The translations under genes and the position numbers were made by a program. Below the pieces are notes generated by a model. It did no database searches, had not been told where the DNA came from, and saw only the letters and a program-made list of their open reading frames with translations. A stretch of 64,000 nucleotides of DNA, from the NCBI GenBank assembly GCA_041396965.1, contig JAWKXN010000001.1, forward strand, positions 321,438 to 385,437, written 5' to 3'. The DNA comes from Rickettsiales bacterium. Lineage in GTDB: Bacteria > Pseudomonadota > Alphaproteobacteria > Rickettsiales > SXRF01. Shown here piece by piece: positions 47,592-58,111 of this stretch; within the stretch, counting starts at the first letter, position 1; each line of letters begins with the position of its first letter.

Positions 47592-48554
47592 CTCTTGGTT
47601 CCCGCGAACACTAAAGAAATGCTTATAAGCTAGCGATAAGCATGTTAGAACAATAGGCACCGTTACCATAAGGTTAAATAAAATCTCTATAACTAAGGAT
47701 ATTTTTGGGTCTTTTGTAAATACTGAAATTACTAGAGCAACTAATATTGTTGGTATTAAATATAATATATTTAGGACAAGTAGTCTTGATTTATTAAGAA
47801 ATGTTGCTTGCCATATGTCATCAATAACCGTGCCCTCTTCTGGAAATGATCTGGCTGGTAGCACAATACAAAGTCTTGAATTTACTAATAATACAAATAT
47901 AGAGACGAATATAGTTAATAAACTTGTCAGTAGGATAGTATTTCCTGTCAGCATACCGTATCTTGCGAACATTACATTGACTGAAGACCAAATGATATTT
48001 GGAATCATCGCTATAACTGCTATAGTCATCGCAAATATCATATAATTTAAGACCCTTATATTAAAGAAGCTCATATAATCTAAGCTTTCGCCTTTTACTA
48101 CAAAGCGATGCCAAGCGGAGGCAGAAAAAGAGTAAGTGTATAATATCACAAAAACAAAAATTAGCAGCTCTAGGCTGGGATTACTAATTTTATACACTAT
48201 GTAAAAATAACTATGCCCTACAATAAAAAATGAAGAAACAATAGTTAATAATATATTTATAGAAAAGAATTTTACATAGTCAATATAGTAGATTTTTACA
48301 AATTTTAGTGATTCAATAAAAATAGAAATCACTGGCAATTTTGAGTCTTCTGGAATTTTTCTTCTATTTGTCAGTATCCTTATTCTTCTGTTCTCTCTAA
48401 TCTTTAACAAGGAACGTATTAGAACTACAGGAATAGAAAGTAAAAATATAATAGAAACAATAGCTTTTAATAGTCTAGGTTCTAATAACATTATTATAGC
48501 AAATAATAAAGCAACTCCAGTCATTATTAGTTGTTTTTTAGGATAACCACCCAT
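47562..48554 (-). CDS. hypothetical polytopic membrane protein (orphan, extremely AT-rich)
   Basis: 330 aa with about 8 hydrophobic segments. It lies 25 nt downstream of cbtA on the same strand. Its 3' end overlaps the convergent cobA by 30 nt. No SD and no family recognised. Confidence 0.5.
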   Translation of the reverse strand: MGGYPKKQLIMTGVALLFAIIMLLEPRLLKAIVSIIFLLSIPVVLIRSLLKIRENRRIRILTNRRKIPEDSKLPVISIFIESLKFVKIYYIDYVKFFSINILLTIVSSFFIVGHSYFYIVYKISNPSLELLIFVFVILYTYSFSASAWHRFVVKGESLDYMSFFNIRVLNYMIFAMTIAVIAMIPNIIWSSVNVMFARYGMLTGNTILLTSLLTIFVSIFVLLVNSRLCIVLPARSFPEEGTVIDDIWQATFLNKSRLLVLNILYLIPTILVALVISVFTKDPKISLVIEILFNLMVTVPIVLTCLSLAYKHFFSVRGNQESVNHLTNNN

Positions 48555-48579
48555 AGTTAAACAATTTTTTTTCTATTAG

Positions 48580-49254
48580 TCATTTTCCATACAACCAGCC
48601 ACTTACCGCGCCAAGCGCTAACCAGAATAGCGCCATACTGCCAATTGAGGCGGCGGCAAACTGAGCGTTAAGTTCTGTTGGCACAATTCCACCAAGTGGC
48701 GCTTGTGGCGCGCCAATCATGTGAGGTATGGCTATGATAGCAGCGGCGATTATTTTTACTATGCTATTTTTATTAAATACCATAGCGTACAGACCAAAAG
48801 CGGTAGCCAGCACGGTTGCTACCCACCATATTTGGCGGGCTTGTAACTCAGCGGCGAGTGTTGTCGGCAATTCAGGTGGCAAGCCAAAAGATGGAGCGAG
48901 AGAGAAGGTGGCAAATCCCGCCACTCCCCACAATATACCCTTATCCATATTCATATTATCGTTTCTTAAAACAAAAAATCCTACCATGATGAGGGCAAAC
49001 CCAACGCCCATTCCTATGTCAGTAAGCAGGCGGTAAGCGTCGCGCTCAAATCCGTCCTCAGGTGCCCATGCCTCAGAATCATGCTCGTGAGAATTCGTAT
49101 TATGTTCGTGCCCTGCGCCTTGTTCAGCAGGAGCGTTTTGTTCATAAGTCTCCGCTTGTAATATCAAGGGATTAAGTTTCGCGCTTTGTACCAGAAACGA
49201 CAGAAAACCAGCGACTATACCAGCCACTAAAGCGGTAATTAAAATCTTTTGCAT
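48580..49254 (-). CDS. cbtA: cobalt transporter subunit CbtA
   Basis: 224 aa with a His-rich periplasmic loop (GAGHEHNTNSHEHDSEAW) and multi-TM topology. It lies directly after cbtB. Confidence 0.85.
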   Translation of the reverse strand: MQKILITALVAGIVAGFLSFLVQSAKLNPLILQAETYEQNAPAEQGAGHEHNTNSHEHDSEAWAPEDGFERDAYRLLTDIGMGVGFALIMVGFFVLRNDNMNMDKGILWGVAGFATFSLAPSFGLPPELPTTLAAELQARQIWWVATVLATAFGLYAMVFNKNSIVKIIAAAIIAIPHMIGAPQAPLGGIVPTELNAQFAAASIGSMALFWLALGAVSGWLYGK

Positions 49255-49306
49255 AATTAGACCCTATATTAATTCGTTAAGATATACCTTTAATGCCATA
49301 CCAATG

Positions 49307-49489
49307 CTAATGGCACGGGAAGGCGGCGGAGTGTCGAGTATCATGGGCGGCATTATGAACCGCGTCAATATTGGCAAATCCGATAAGGTAAATAAAAATA
49401 CCACCGATTAATATAGAGGAAATAGCAGCCAGCTTGCCGCTAGCTATAGTGTTCAAAGAACTGTCTGTTCTAGTAATTGTTTTATACAT
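49307..49489 (-). CDS. cbtB: cobalt transporter subunit CbtB
   Basis: 60 aa with a single TM and the C-terminal HNAAHDTRHSAAFPCH signature. Confidence 0.85.
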   Translation of the reverse strand: MYKTITRTDSSLNTIASGKLAAISSILIGGIFIYLIGFANIDAVHNAAHDTRHSAAFPCH

Positions 49490-49499
49490 AAAAAACCTC

Positions 49500-49775
49500 G
49501 ATGCGTAAAATGATACACATCACTGCAAACTTGGATTTTTAATCCTCACCGATCACCCAGCCCGATGCGTTTGCGCGTGACAACTTAACCGATGGCATGT
49601 CTCCTGACTCGCGAGTTGCCGTTCTGTTACGTCTTCCCGATTTCCCAGTGACATAATGTAACAAAACTATCGCATACAGTTGCAGGGGCAGTTGTGGAGT
49701 TGGACTATAGCCCGTACCACATTCCATTTTCATTTCTACCGATTTCACACCAGCAGAAAAACCATCATTCGCCAG
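49500..49775 (-). promoter_or_regulatory. cobalamin (B12) riboswitch in the cbtB-cbtA leader
   Basis: The minus strand has GAATGATGG...GGTGTGAAATC...CACTGGGAAATCGGGAAGAC...GAGTCAGGAGACATGCCATC. These are the B12 box (plus-strand 49591-49610), the GGTG..AAATC element, and a P1-like GATGG/CCATC pairing. The 87-aa ORF predicted here is rejected. Confidence 0.8.
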
Positions 49776-49897
49776 ACTATAGAGCCAGTGCGTTCGCGTC
49801 AATCTTTTTATGGTAGATTTTATAAAATTAGGTTGCGAAGTTAAGAGGCTTGCTTTAACTGGTTTGTCTTTGTTACTTTAATAAGGAATCCTTCCCA

Positions 49898-50947
49898 ATG
49901 AAAAAAATAGTTTCTTTAAGTGTTTTGCAATCTATTCTAGTTGTGAGTTTTGCCTCCACCCAGCCTGCTTATGCCGGAGGTGTCTCTCTGCCTGATGATC
50001 ATGCCCCGATTGGGGTTATGGGGGATCATAATCATAGAAAAGGCGAGTGGATGGCTTCGTACCGCTATAGCCGTATGGAAATGGATGGTAATCGCGACGG
50101 AGATAGCAGAATCAGTAGAGCTTCCGTACTTAATAATTTTGTGGTAGCTCCACTTGATATGACGATGGAAATGCATATGTTTGGGCTTATGTATGGTGCA
50201 AGCGATAGTCTCACTATAATGGGGATGCTGCCATATATCAGGAAATCCATGAATCATGTCAATCGTATGGGAACTTATTTTGAAACGGAGACAGAAGGGG
50301 TTGGGGATTTCAAATTAAGCGGCATATACACGTTGTATGATTCAGGAAGTAACTCAGCGCATCCAAATAATCATTCACACCGTAGTAAACATAATTTATT
50401 GTTTAATTTTGGCGTGAGCCTGCCAACTGGAAGCGTTGATGAGCGAGGTGATACTCCAGCAGGCTCTAATCAGAAGCTCCCATATCCGATGCAGCTTGGC
50501 TCTGGGACTTTTGACCCGCTTCTTGGTCTTACCTATACCAGTAAATATGATAGATGGTCGTGGGGAGGGCAGATCGGCACAGTGCTGCGTTTTGGAACGA
50601 ATAGTGAGGGCTATCGTCTAGGTAATGAGTATTCCGCTACAACATGGATAGCACGTGACGTTACCGAGTATGCGAGCATTTCTTTCCGCTTAGACGGAAA
50701 ATCATGGGGAAATATTCACGGTAGTGATCAAGATCTGAATCCAATGATGGTGCCAACTGCCCGCACTGACTTACGTGGAGGAGAGCGCGTTGACGCTCTG
50801 GTCGGACTCAACTTATATAAACCTTCGGGAAGTCTTTCTGGAAATAGGCTGGCTTTAGAATTTGGTGTGCCAGTTTACCAGCGTCTCGACGGACCACAGC
50901 TTGAGACTGATTACCGCCTAATGCTTGGTTGGCAGCTAGCGTTTTAG
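49898..50947 (+). CDS. outer-membrane beta-barrel transporter (MetA/phenol-degradation-like family), putative metal channel
   Basis: 349 aa with a signal peptide ending AYA/GG. His-rich N-terminus HAPIGVMGDHNHRKGEWMASYRYSRMEMDGN. Alternating beta pattern and a C-terminal ...GWQLAF. Confidence 0.6.
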   Translation: MKKIVSLSVLQSILVVSFASTQPAYAGGVSLPDDHAPIGVMGDHNHRKGEWMASYRYSRMEMDGNRDGDSRISRASVLNNFVVAPLDMTMEMHMFGLMYGASDSLTIMGMLPYIRKSMNHVNRMGTYFETETEGVGDFKLSGIYTLYDSGSNSAHPNNHSHRSKHNLLFNFGVSLPTGSVDERGDTPAGSNQKLPYPMQLGSGTFDPLLGLTYTSKYDRWSWGGQIGTVLRFGTNSEGYRLGNEYSATTWIARDVTEYASISFRLDGKSWGNIHGSDQDLNPMMVPTARTDLRGGERVDALVGLNLYKPSGSLSGNRLALEFGVPVYQRLDGPQLETDYRLMLGWQLAF

Positions 50948-50949
50948 AT

Positions 50950-52038
50950 CTACCCAGCTAGCTCTTGCAAGATAGCTTCTCCCATTTCAGAAGTGGATGT
51001 TTTTTGTTTTCCTTCTTGCATGATGTCAGCGGTGCGTAGACCTTTGGCAAGAACATTTTTAATGGCGTTTTCCAGCTTGTCAGCCTCGTTTTTCAGATCA
51101 AATGAGTAGCGCAGCATCATAGCGAAAGAAAGTATGGTCGCTATTGGGTTAGCCATGTTTTTTCCGGAAATGTCTGGAGCTGAGCCATGTACTGGTTCAT
51201 AAAGAGCTGGAGTTCCCGCCTCACCAAGCGAAGCGGAGGGAAGCATGCCAAGAGAGCCGGTAAGCATAGAGGCGATGTCAGACAAAATATCCCCGAACAT
51301 GTTATTAGTTACCATCACGTCAAATTGTTTTGGATTACGGACAAGCTGCATAGCGGCGTTGTCAACATACATATGTGATAATTCAACATCGCTATATTCA
51401 TTCTGTCCAACTTTAGTGACTTCCTCACGCCACATTTCAGTACATTCTAGAACATTAGCTTTATCTACCGAGCAGAGTTTTCCACCACGCTTTTTCGCCA
51501 GTTCAAAAGCGACACGGGCGATGCGAATAACTTCCGGTGAGGTATAGACTTCCGTATTTACGCCTCTGCGTGTCCCGTCCGCTAGCTCCTCCACACCACG
51601 TGGCTGTCCAAAATAAATCCCACCGGTGAGTTCACGCACAATCATAATATCAAGTCCAGCAACTATATCATGCTTCAGGCTGGAAGCGTCCGCCAGAGCG
51701 TCAAAACACACGGCTGGGCGGAGATTGGCAAACAGACTAAGAGCTTTGCGTATTCCAAGTAACCCTTTTTCAGGACGTGATGCGATTGGTAGCGATTCCC
51801 ACTTAGGGCCACCTACAGCTCCAAGAAGGACAGCGTCAGATTGTTTGGCGGCGGTTACGGTCTCTTCTGGAAAAGGCGTGCCAACTTTATCGTAAGCCAC
51901 GCCACCGAGCAGAGCCTCGCTGGTTTCAAATTTTACATTACCATTGTCGCTGAACCAGTCTATTATCTTTTTAGTCTCCATCACCACTTCTGGACCAATA
52001 CCATCACCAGCGAGCAGTAATATTTTTTTCGTTGTCAT
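50950..52038 (-). CDS. leuB: 3-isopropylmalate dehydrogenase
   Basis: 362 aa with [14 protein letters not shown] and NMFGDILSD. Confidence 0.95.
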   Translation of the reverse strand: MTTKKILLLAGDGIGPEVVMETKKIIDWFSDNGNVKFETSEALLGGVAYDKVGTPFPEETVTAAKQSDAVLLGAVGGPKWESLPIASRPEKGLLGIRKALSLFANLRPAVCFDALADASSLKHDIVAGLDIMIVRELTGGIYFGQPRGVEELADGTRRGVNTEVYTSPEVIRIARVAFELAKKRGGKLCSVDKANVLECTEMWREEVTKVGQNEYSDVELSHMYVDNAAMQLVRNPKQFDVMVTNNMFGDILSDIASMLTGSLGMLPSASLGEAGTPALYEPVHGSAPDISGKNMANPIATILSFAMMLRYSFDLKNEADKLENAIKNVLAKGLRTADIMQEGKQKTSTSEMGEAILQELAG

Positions 52039-52042
52039 TATA

Positions 52043-52354
52043 CTATCCTCTTATTAAATCCTTAAAACTATCACCTAGTCTGGCGGGAGTGACGGTGATT
52101 TTATCCCATACTTTACCTTTTACATAAGGCTCTGATGCAAGCCAAGCGTCTAGTTCAGCTCTTGAGGAGAAATTGACAAGGATATTTGAGCCAATCATTT
52201 TTCCATTATCATCAAGTAGTGCCGCGCCACAGAGCATGTTACCATTTTCCCGCGCGAGTGTCATCGCTTTAGTGTGCTCTTCACGTGCCGCTAGCCTTCT
52301 TTCCATAGCTTTTTCATCAGTAGCGTCATACGCCATAATTACAAATTGCTGCAT
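52043..52354 (-). CDS. YciI-family protein
   Basis: 103 aa. [13 protein letters not shown]...REEH...[10 protein letters not shown] fits the YciI pattern. Confidence 0.7.
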   Translation of the reverse strand: MQQFVIMAYDATDEKAMERRLAAREEHTKAMTLARENGNMLCGAALLDDNGKMIGSNILVNFSSRAELDAWLASEPYVKGKVWDKITVTPARLGDSFKDLIRG

Positions 52355-52501
52355 ATAATTTCCTATATTTAAGTTTGTTCTTGTGAAAGCATGTTTGCTT
52401 TCGCATTAGACTCCACTTTTCTGGTTGCTGACTCACACGACCCGTCGGACATGCATTTTTTATAGCTGTGGTAGTAAATCACAACACAGTATCTTCTTCA
52501 G

Positions 52502-53113
52502 CTATGCCGCGAGCCAAGGAGTATTTTGTTTTTGTTTTTGCTCATAGGTGGCGATAGAGTCCATTTTTTCCATAGTAAGACCTATATCATCCAACCCATT
52601 AATTAAGCAGTGTTTACGAAATGGCTCAACCTCAAACGAGAAATCTGGAGTGTTCTGACCATCAGCTTTTACAGTTTGTTTATCCAAATCCACAGATATT
52701 TTAATACCATTTTTTGCCGCCTGCATAAGCGGCAGAGCATTTTTTTTTGGTAAAACAATTGGTAATATGCCATTCTTAAAGCAGTTATTGAAGAATATAT
52801 CAGCGAAGGACTCAGCGATTACACATCTGATTCCAAAATCAAACAATGCCCACGGTGCATGCTCACGTGAAGACCCACAGCCAAAATTAGCACCAGAAAC
52901 TAATATCTCCGCTTTATCATATGGGCTGTTATGTAAAACGAAGTCAGGAATAAAATCGCCATTCGCTTTGTAACGCATCTCATAGAACAAGCCTTCTTTA
53001 AGACCTGTACGCTTAATTGTTTTAAGAAATTGCTTCGGGATAATCATGTCAGTATCAACATTATCAATAGGAAGGGGGGCTGCTATAGCTGATAATTTAT
53101 TAAAAGGTTTCAT
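52502..53113 (-). CDS. leuD: 3-isopropylmalate dehydratase small subunit
   Basis: 203 aa with [14 protein letters not shown] and [13 protein letters not shown]. Confidence 0.95.
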   Translation of the reverse strand: MKPFNKLSAIAAPLPIDNVDTDMIIPKQFLKTIKRTGLKEGLFYEMRYKANGDFIPDFVLHNSPYDKAEILVSGANFGCGSSREHAPWALFDFGIRCVIAESFADIFFNNCFKNGILPIVLPKKNALPLMQAAKNGIKISVDLDKQTVKADGQNTPDFSFEVEPFRKHCLINGLDDIGLTMEKMDSIATYEQKQKQNTPWLAA

Positions 53114-53178
53114 ATTTTCTCCGTCATTCAGGGGAATGGATTTCTACTAATGAGCGCAATACGCTAATATAGTATTCA

Positions 53179-53340
53179 TCAAGTCTTCCAAGGGTCTATA
53201 TCAATCGGGGTGAGGTTATCGGGCTTCGCTGGTTTTCCATAATCTAACTCGTTCCAGTTAATTTCCTCTTCTTTTTTCCTCTTCTTTTTCTTTCTTTTAG
53301 ACGGAGAAAACCAATCTTTTATTTTTGTAAATAAAGACAT
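53179..53340 (-). CDS. small Lys-rich hypothetical ORF between leuC and leuD
   Basis: Below the ORF-track cutoff. Manual translation gives [53 protein letters not shown] (53 aa). Its ATG overlaps the leuC stop (TAATG). Confidence 0.35.
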   Translation of the reverse strand: MSLFTKIKDWFSPSKRKKKKRKKEEEINWNELDYGKPAKPDNLTPIDIDPWKT

Positions 53341-54737
53341 TATTCCAACTCCCTAGCATCCGCAAGCTTACCTGTAACCGCCGCGGCAACCGCCATCGCC
53401 GGTGATAGTAGGTGGGTACGCCCGCCACGACCCTGTCTTCCCTCAAAATTACGATTAGAGGTAGAAGCACAACGTTCACCATCAGAAAGCTTATCGGCGT
53501 TCATGGCAAGACACATAGAGCAACCCGGCTCACGCCATTCAAAGCCAGCCTCTAAAAATATCTTATCAAGACCTTCTTTCTCCGCTTGCTCTTTTACGAG
53601 TCCTGAACCCGGTACTACCATAGCCAGTTTCACATTGCTTGCCACCTTGCGCCCTTTGGCGAATTTTGCCGCTTCCCGTAAATCCTCAATGCGACCATTA
53701 GTACAAGAACCGATGAATACCTTATCTATTGCTATATCAGTAAGCTTCTGTCCGGCTTTAAGCCCCATATACTCAAGAGCGCGCGCTTTACTTGGTGTAT
53801 CCCCAGCGGGGACGGAGGCGGTAATTGGCAGCACATCTTCCGGTGAAGTCCCCCATGTTACTTGTGGTACTATATCGCCAGCATTTAATATAACCTCCGC
53901 GTCATATTTAGCACCAGCATCAGAAGGCAAAGTCTTCCAGTAAGTAACAGCTTTTTCCCAGTCAGCGTCTTGCGGCGCTTGTGGTCTTCCTTTCAGATAC
54001 TCAAATGTTTTTTCGTCAGGAGCGATAAGACCAGCGCGCGCTCCGGCTTCTATCGTCATATTGCAAACCGTCATCCGCCCTTCCATAGAAAGCTCTCTTA
54101 TCGCCTCACCAGCATATTCTATAACATAACCAGTACCACCGGCGGTTCCTATTTTCCCAATAATCGCAAGAACTATGTCTTTCGCGGTAACTCCTACTGG
54201 TAGTTTGCCATCAACCCGAACTAACATATTTTTCGCACGGCGTTGAATAAGGGTTTGGGTAGCAAGAACATGCTCTACCTCAGAAGTTCCTATACCAAAA
54301 GCAAGTGCGCCAAAAGCTCCATGTGTGCTGGTATGTGAGTCACCACAAACTATGGTCATACCTGGTTGGGTAAAACCTTGCTCAGGACCTACTATATGAA
54401 CTATTCCCTGCCGCTTATCATCCATCGCGTAATGGGTTATGCCAAACTCCTCGGCGTTATCGGCTAATGTCTGCACTTGCAATCGGGAAGTCTCGTCTTT
54501 TATCACTCCTTGCTTACGCTCTGGCGTGGTTGGAACATTATGGTCAGGAACAGCAAGCGTAGCGTCAGGGCGACGTACTTTGCGTCCAGCGGTGCGCAAC
54601 CCCTCAAAAGCTTGCGGACTTGTTACCTCATGAACCAAATGCCTATCTATATAGATTAAACAAGTACCGTCATCCTGAGTATGGACAAGATGATTTTCCC
54701 ATATTTTATCAAAAAGAGTTCTAGGCATCAGTGACAA
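53340..54737 (-). CDS. leuC: 3-isopropylmalate dehydratase large subunit
   Basis: 465 aa, aconitase family ([30 protein letters not shown]). Confidence 0.96.
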   Translation of the reverse strand: MSLMPRTLFDKIWENHLVHTQDDGTCLIYIDRHLVHEVTSPQAFEGLRTAGRKVRRPDATLAVPDHNVPTTPERKQGVIKDETSRLQVQTLADNAEEFGITHYAMDDKRQGIVHIVGPEQGFTQPGMTIVCGDSHTSTHGAFGALAFGIGTSEVEHVLATQTLIQRRAKNMLVRVDGKLPVGVTAKDIVLAIIGKIGTAGGTGYVIEYAGEAIRELSMEGRMTVCNMTIEAGARAGLIAPDEKTFEYLKGRPQAPQDADWEKAVTYWKTLPSDAGAKYDAEVILNAGDIVPQVTWGTSPEDVLPITASVPAGDTPSKARALEYMGLKAGQKLTDIAIDKVFIGSCTNGRIEDLREAAKFAKGRKVASNVKLAMVVPGSGLVKEQAEKEGLDKIFLEAGFEWREPGCSMCLAMNADKLSDGERCASTSNRNFEGRQGRGGRTHLLSPAMAVAAAVTGKLADARELE

Positions 54738-54817
54738 TATCTATGTGATAGCTGATGAAGAATGTACCAATCATTAGCGCCAGCCACCAACGCTAAGATG
54801 GTCATTAGACAAGAATA

Positions 54818-55186
54818 TTATTTCTTATTGTCACGTTTTTCAGCGATACGAGCCGCTTTGCCGGTAAGACCACGTAGATAGTAAAGTTTAGCGCGGCGAA
54901 CAACACCTCTGCGCACCACTTTCACACTCTCAACACGTGGAGAGTAGGTAGGAAACACCCTCTCAACACCTTCACCGTGACTGATTTTACGAACAGTAAA
55001 TGACGAACGAACACCAGCGTTTTTCTTTGCTATGCACACACCTTCAAAAATCTGGGTACGTTCGGTGTTTCCCTCAATAATGCGAACACCAACCTTTACG
55101 GTATCACCTTGCGCGAAGTCATCTATTTCCTTGCCTTCAGCAAGTTTTTCCATATTTTCTTGTTCAATCTTCTGCAATAAATTCAT
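54818..55186 (-). CDS. rplS: 50S ribosomal protein L19
   Basis: [12 protein letters not shown]... The ORF track begins at TTG 55201. ATG 55186 has GAGGAA 7 nt upstream and gives the canonical L19 N-terminus. Confidence 0.93.
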   Translation of the reverse strand: MNLLQKIEQENMEKLAEGKEIDDFAQGDTVKVGVRIIEGNTERTQIFEGVCIAKKNAGVRSSFTVRKISHGEGVERVFPTYSPRVESVKVVRRGVVRRAKLYYLRGLTGKAARIAEKRDNKK

Positions 55187-55220
55187 TTTCTTGTTCCTCA
55201 ACTTTAACCGTATCTATATT

Positions 55221-55964
55221 TCACTTATCTTTGCCCATGCCCACCAAGTCAGGACGACGAGCCTGTGTGATTTCTCTAGCCTGCTCAAGTCGCCACCGTA
55301 GAATTTCCTTATGATTACCAGAAAGCAGTACCTCAGGTACAGACATTCCTTTCCAAACGGATGGGCGAGTATAATGCGGATATTCTAATAGTCTAGTAAA
55401 TTCTTCATTATTGTTGAAACTTTCTTGAAGCAGGGTCTCGCTATTGCCTATTACCCCATCAAGCAGGCGTACACAAGAGTCAATAATAGCCATTGCCGCT
55501 ATTTCACCACCAGATAATATAAAGTCACCAAGACTTATTTCTTGCATATTATGGTGGTCTATCACCCTCTGATCAATTCCCTCAAAACGGCCGCATACTA
55601 TTATTGGTTGTGTATCTTTTAATTTTTCAACCATAGATTGAGTAAGTGGTTTGCCGCGTGGGGAAGGGTAAATAATAGTTGGTGGCTGGTGGTTGGTGGT
55701 TGGTGGTAACAGGGTTTTGGCGTGTTTGATGGCGGCATCAATTACGTCCGGTTTCATCACCATACCCGCCCCACCACCAAAAGGTTTATCATCAACGGTT
55801 TTATGTTTGTCGGTGGCAAAATCACGAATCTGTAAGGTTTTCAGCGACCATATGCCTTGCTCTAAGGCTTTACCAGCTAATGAATGCCCCAAACTGCCCG
55901 GAAACATCTCAGGAAAAAGTGTTAGGACAACTGTGGAGAAGATGGGGGAAATCTGTTCAGTCAT
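55221..55964 (-). CDS. trmD: tRNA (guanine37-N1)-methyltransferase
   Basis: 247 aa with VVLTLFPEMF, YPSPRGKPL and SLGDFILSGGE. Confidence 0.93.
   Translation of the reverse strand: MTEQISPIFSTVVLTLFPEMFPGSLGHSLAGKALEQGIWSLKTLQIRDFATDKHKTVDDKPFGGGAGMVMKPDVIDAAIKHAKTLLPPTTNHQPPTIIYPSPRGKPLTQSMVEKLKDTQPIIVCGRFEGIDQRVIDHHNMQEISLGDFILSGGEIAAMAIIDSCVRLLDGVIGNSETLLQESFNNNEEFTRLLEYPHYTRPSVWKGMSVPEVLLSGNHKEILRWRLEQAREITQARRPDLVGMGKDK
55681..55708. repeat. four tandem heptamers inside trmD
   Basis: GGTGGCT GGTGGTT GGTGGTT GGTGGTA. On the minus strand it encodes LPPTTNHQPP, an apparent small insertion in TrmD. Confidence 0.7.
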
Positions 55965-55985
55965 ATTTCTTGTCCAGTATTCTCT

Positions 55986-57527
55986 CTACCCCACCGTTTT
56001 CGGAGGGTGAGTTTTGTAATCTACCACTACCCGATAATGTGGGTCATCATCTTTATCCTGCTCTATCATATTTCCCGCCTTATACAGTAGGTCACGGCAG
56101 TCAGAACTCAAATGTTTCAAATGTAGTTTTGTTCCGTTTTTTATATAGCGCTCAGCTAGTGAGTCAATTGCCTCAAGCGCTGAATGATCCCATACACGGG
56201 AATAACGGAAGTCAATTATCACATCCTCAGGGTCATTTTTTGGGTCAAATAGTCTACTGAATTTATTTATTGAGGCGAAGAAAAGCTGCCCATGTAATAT
56301 ATAAGTTTTAGTTTTTTCATTTTCGGATTGTGCTTCCACATAAATATGGCGTGCCGACTCCCAAGCGAAAACTAAAGCGGAAACTATTACGCCAACGATA
56401 ACAGCGATAGCGAGATCGGTAAACACAGTCACCGTAGAAACAAGTACAAGCACAAAAGCGTCTGATTTAGGTATTTTATGGATAATTCTTAGCGATGACC
56501 ACTCAAAAGTACCTATAACTACCATGAACATAACCCCAACCAACGCAGCGACCGGAATCATCTCTATCCAGTCAGAAGCGAATAATATGAACGATAATAG
56601 GAAAAGAGCGGCGGCTATTCCAGCAAGTCTTCCTCTGCCCCCAGATTTTATGTTTATCATGCTTTGTCCGATCATAGCACAACCACCCATGCCACCAAAA
56701 AATCCAGTACAGATATTGGCGATTCCTTGAGCGGCGCACTCACGGCTGTTGCGACCTCTGGTCTCTGTCATTTCATCTATTAATGTCAAGGTAAGAAGAG
56801 ATTCTATAAGTCCTATAGCGGCAAGTATTATAGAGTACGGAAATATTATATATAACGTTTCTAAATTAAGAGGTACGGATGGTATGTGAAAGCTGGGAAA
56901 ACCACCAGCTATTGAAGCTAAGTCACCAACCGTACGAGTATCTATACCCACAAAAATAACCAGTAGCGACGCAACAAGTATTCCAGCTAGAGGAGCGGGA
57001 AATTTTCCCGTAATTTTTGGCATTAAGTAGATAATAGACATAGTAATGGCGACAATAAAAAGCATTGTAAATATTGCCTCATTTTTCATCCATGCCATTT
57101 CACCATTATCATTTATAGTTTTGAATTGACCGAGTTGAGCTAGGAATATCACAATCGCCAAACCATTGACAAATCCAAGCATAACCGGATATGGCACCAT
57201 GCGTATGAATTTCCCAAGCCTAAGAAGACCGGCTGAGAATTGTAATATTCCCATCAAGATAACAGCGGCAAACAAATATTCAACGCCATGATTTTTAACC
57301 AAGCTCACCATAACTACCGCCAATGCGCCGGTCGCTCCTGAAATCATACCAGGTCTGCCGCCAAACGTGGAGGTAATCAATCCAACCATAAAAGCCGCGT
57401 AAAGACCGACAAGTGGTTGAACACCAGCTATAAACGCGAAAGCAACCGCCTCAGGAACAAGAGCTAAAGCAACCGTAAGTCCCGACAGCACTTCTGTTTT
57501 GAAATTTTTGAAAAGAGATAAATTCAC
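55986..57527 (-). CDS. SulP-family anion (sulfate) permease with STAS domain
   Basis: 513 aa with a polytopic N-terminal domain and a C-terminal STAS ([15 protein letters not shown]...[10 protein letters not shown]). Confidence 0.85.
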   Translation of the reverse strand: MNLSLFKNFKTEVLSGLTVALALVPEAVAFAFIAGVQPLVGLYAAFMVGLITSTFGGRPGMISGATGALAVVMVSLVKNHGVEYLFAAVILMGILQFSAGLLRLGKFIRMVPYPVMLGFVNGLAIVIFLAQLGQFKTINDNGEMAWMKNEAIFTMLFIVAITMSIIYLMPKITGKFPAPLAGILVASLLVIFVGIDTRTVGDLASIAGGFPSFHIPSVPLNLETLYIIFPYSIILAAIGLIESLLTLTLIDEMTETRGRNSRECAAQGIANICTGFFGGMGGCAMIGQSMINIKSGGRGRLAGIAAALFLLSFILFASDWIEMIPVAALVGVMFMVVIGTFEWSSLRIIHKIPKSDAFVLVLVSTVTVFTDLAIAVIVGVIVSALVFAWESARHIYVEAQSENEKTKTYILHGQLFFASINKFSRLFDPKNDPEDVIIDFRYSRVWDHSALEAIDSLAERYIKNGTKLHLKHLSSDCRDLLYKAGNMIEQDKDDDPHYRVVVDYKTHPPKTVG

Positions 57528-57844
57528 TGCTCACCTACTATTTTTACATATTATTTCTGTTTTGAAGAGAGCAGAATCTATAGATTTTTGGAAGATTTGC
57601 AACTATCGCGAAGGGGTAGAGCAAAAATAAGGCTTAGAACTCATGTGTTTGTCGCAAATGGCAGGAAAAAATCAACGAGACATAACTTTGCATAATAGTG
57701 GTAAATATTGTAGCAGATTTTTTTAAAAAATCCAGAATTTTAAGTTGATATTTTTTTTCATAATATGCTGAATATATTAAGATTTTTTGTTATAATATGA
57801 TGGTAGTCACAGTTATTTTGTAAAAATATACGACAGGAGGTTGT

Positions 57845-58108
57845 ATGTCTGATTTTGAGTTGATGCTTAAAGATTACCGGCTAACCACCGCTGAAATACT
57901 ATATCATCTGCCGGATCATCCGTCTTTGTTGCAGAGCTTTGTTTGGCAAAATTTAGATATAGCGCCAAGGTTTCCAGTTCTTAAAAAATTCTTAGATTTT
58001 TGGGAGGATGAGATAGAAGGTAAGTTGCATTCTGTGAAAGTAGCGGCGATACCGGTTATAGCGCCATCAAATTTTATTTATTGCAATGAGCGTATCACCA
58101 TTCACTAA
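57845..58108 (+). CDS. usg: Usg-family protein
   Basis: 87 aa. YRLTTAEILYHLPDHPSLLQSFVWQNLDIAPRFPVLKKFLDFW is the alphaproteobacterial Usg pattern. Good SD (AGGAGG). Confidence 0.7.
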   Translation: MSDFELMLKDYRLTTAEILYHLPDHPSLLQSFVWQNLDIAPRFPVLKKFLDFWEDEIEGKLHSVKVAAIPVIAPSNFIYCNERITIH

Positions 58109-58111
58109 TCT

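Noticed and set aside
49539-49802. 87-aa ORF on the minus strand upstream of cbtB
   Set aside because: It coincides with the cobalamin riboswitch leader (B12 box and GGTG..AAATC elements). It has no SD and an odd composition, so I treat it as non-coding RNA structure.
53297-53482. 61-aa minus-strand ORF overlapping the leuC 3' end
   Set aside because: It overlaps leuC out of frame and has no support. The TAATG-coupled 53-codon frame is the better, though still weak, candidate for the spacer.
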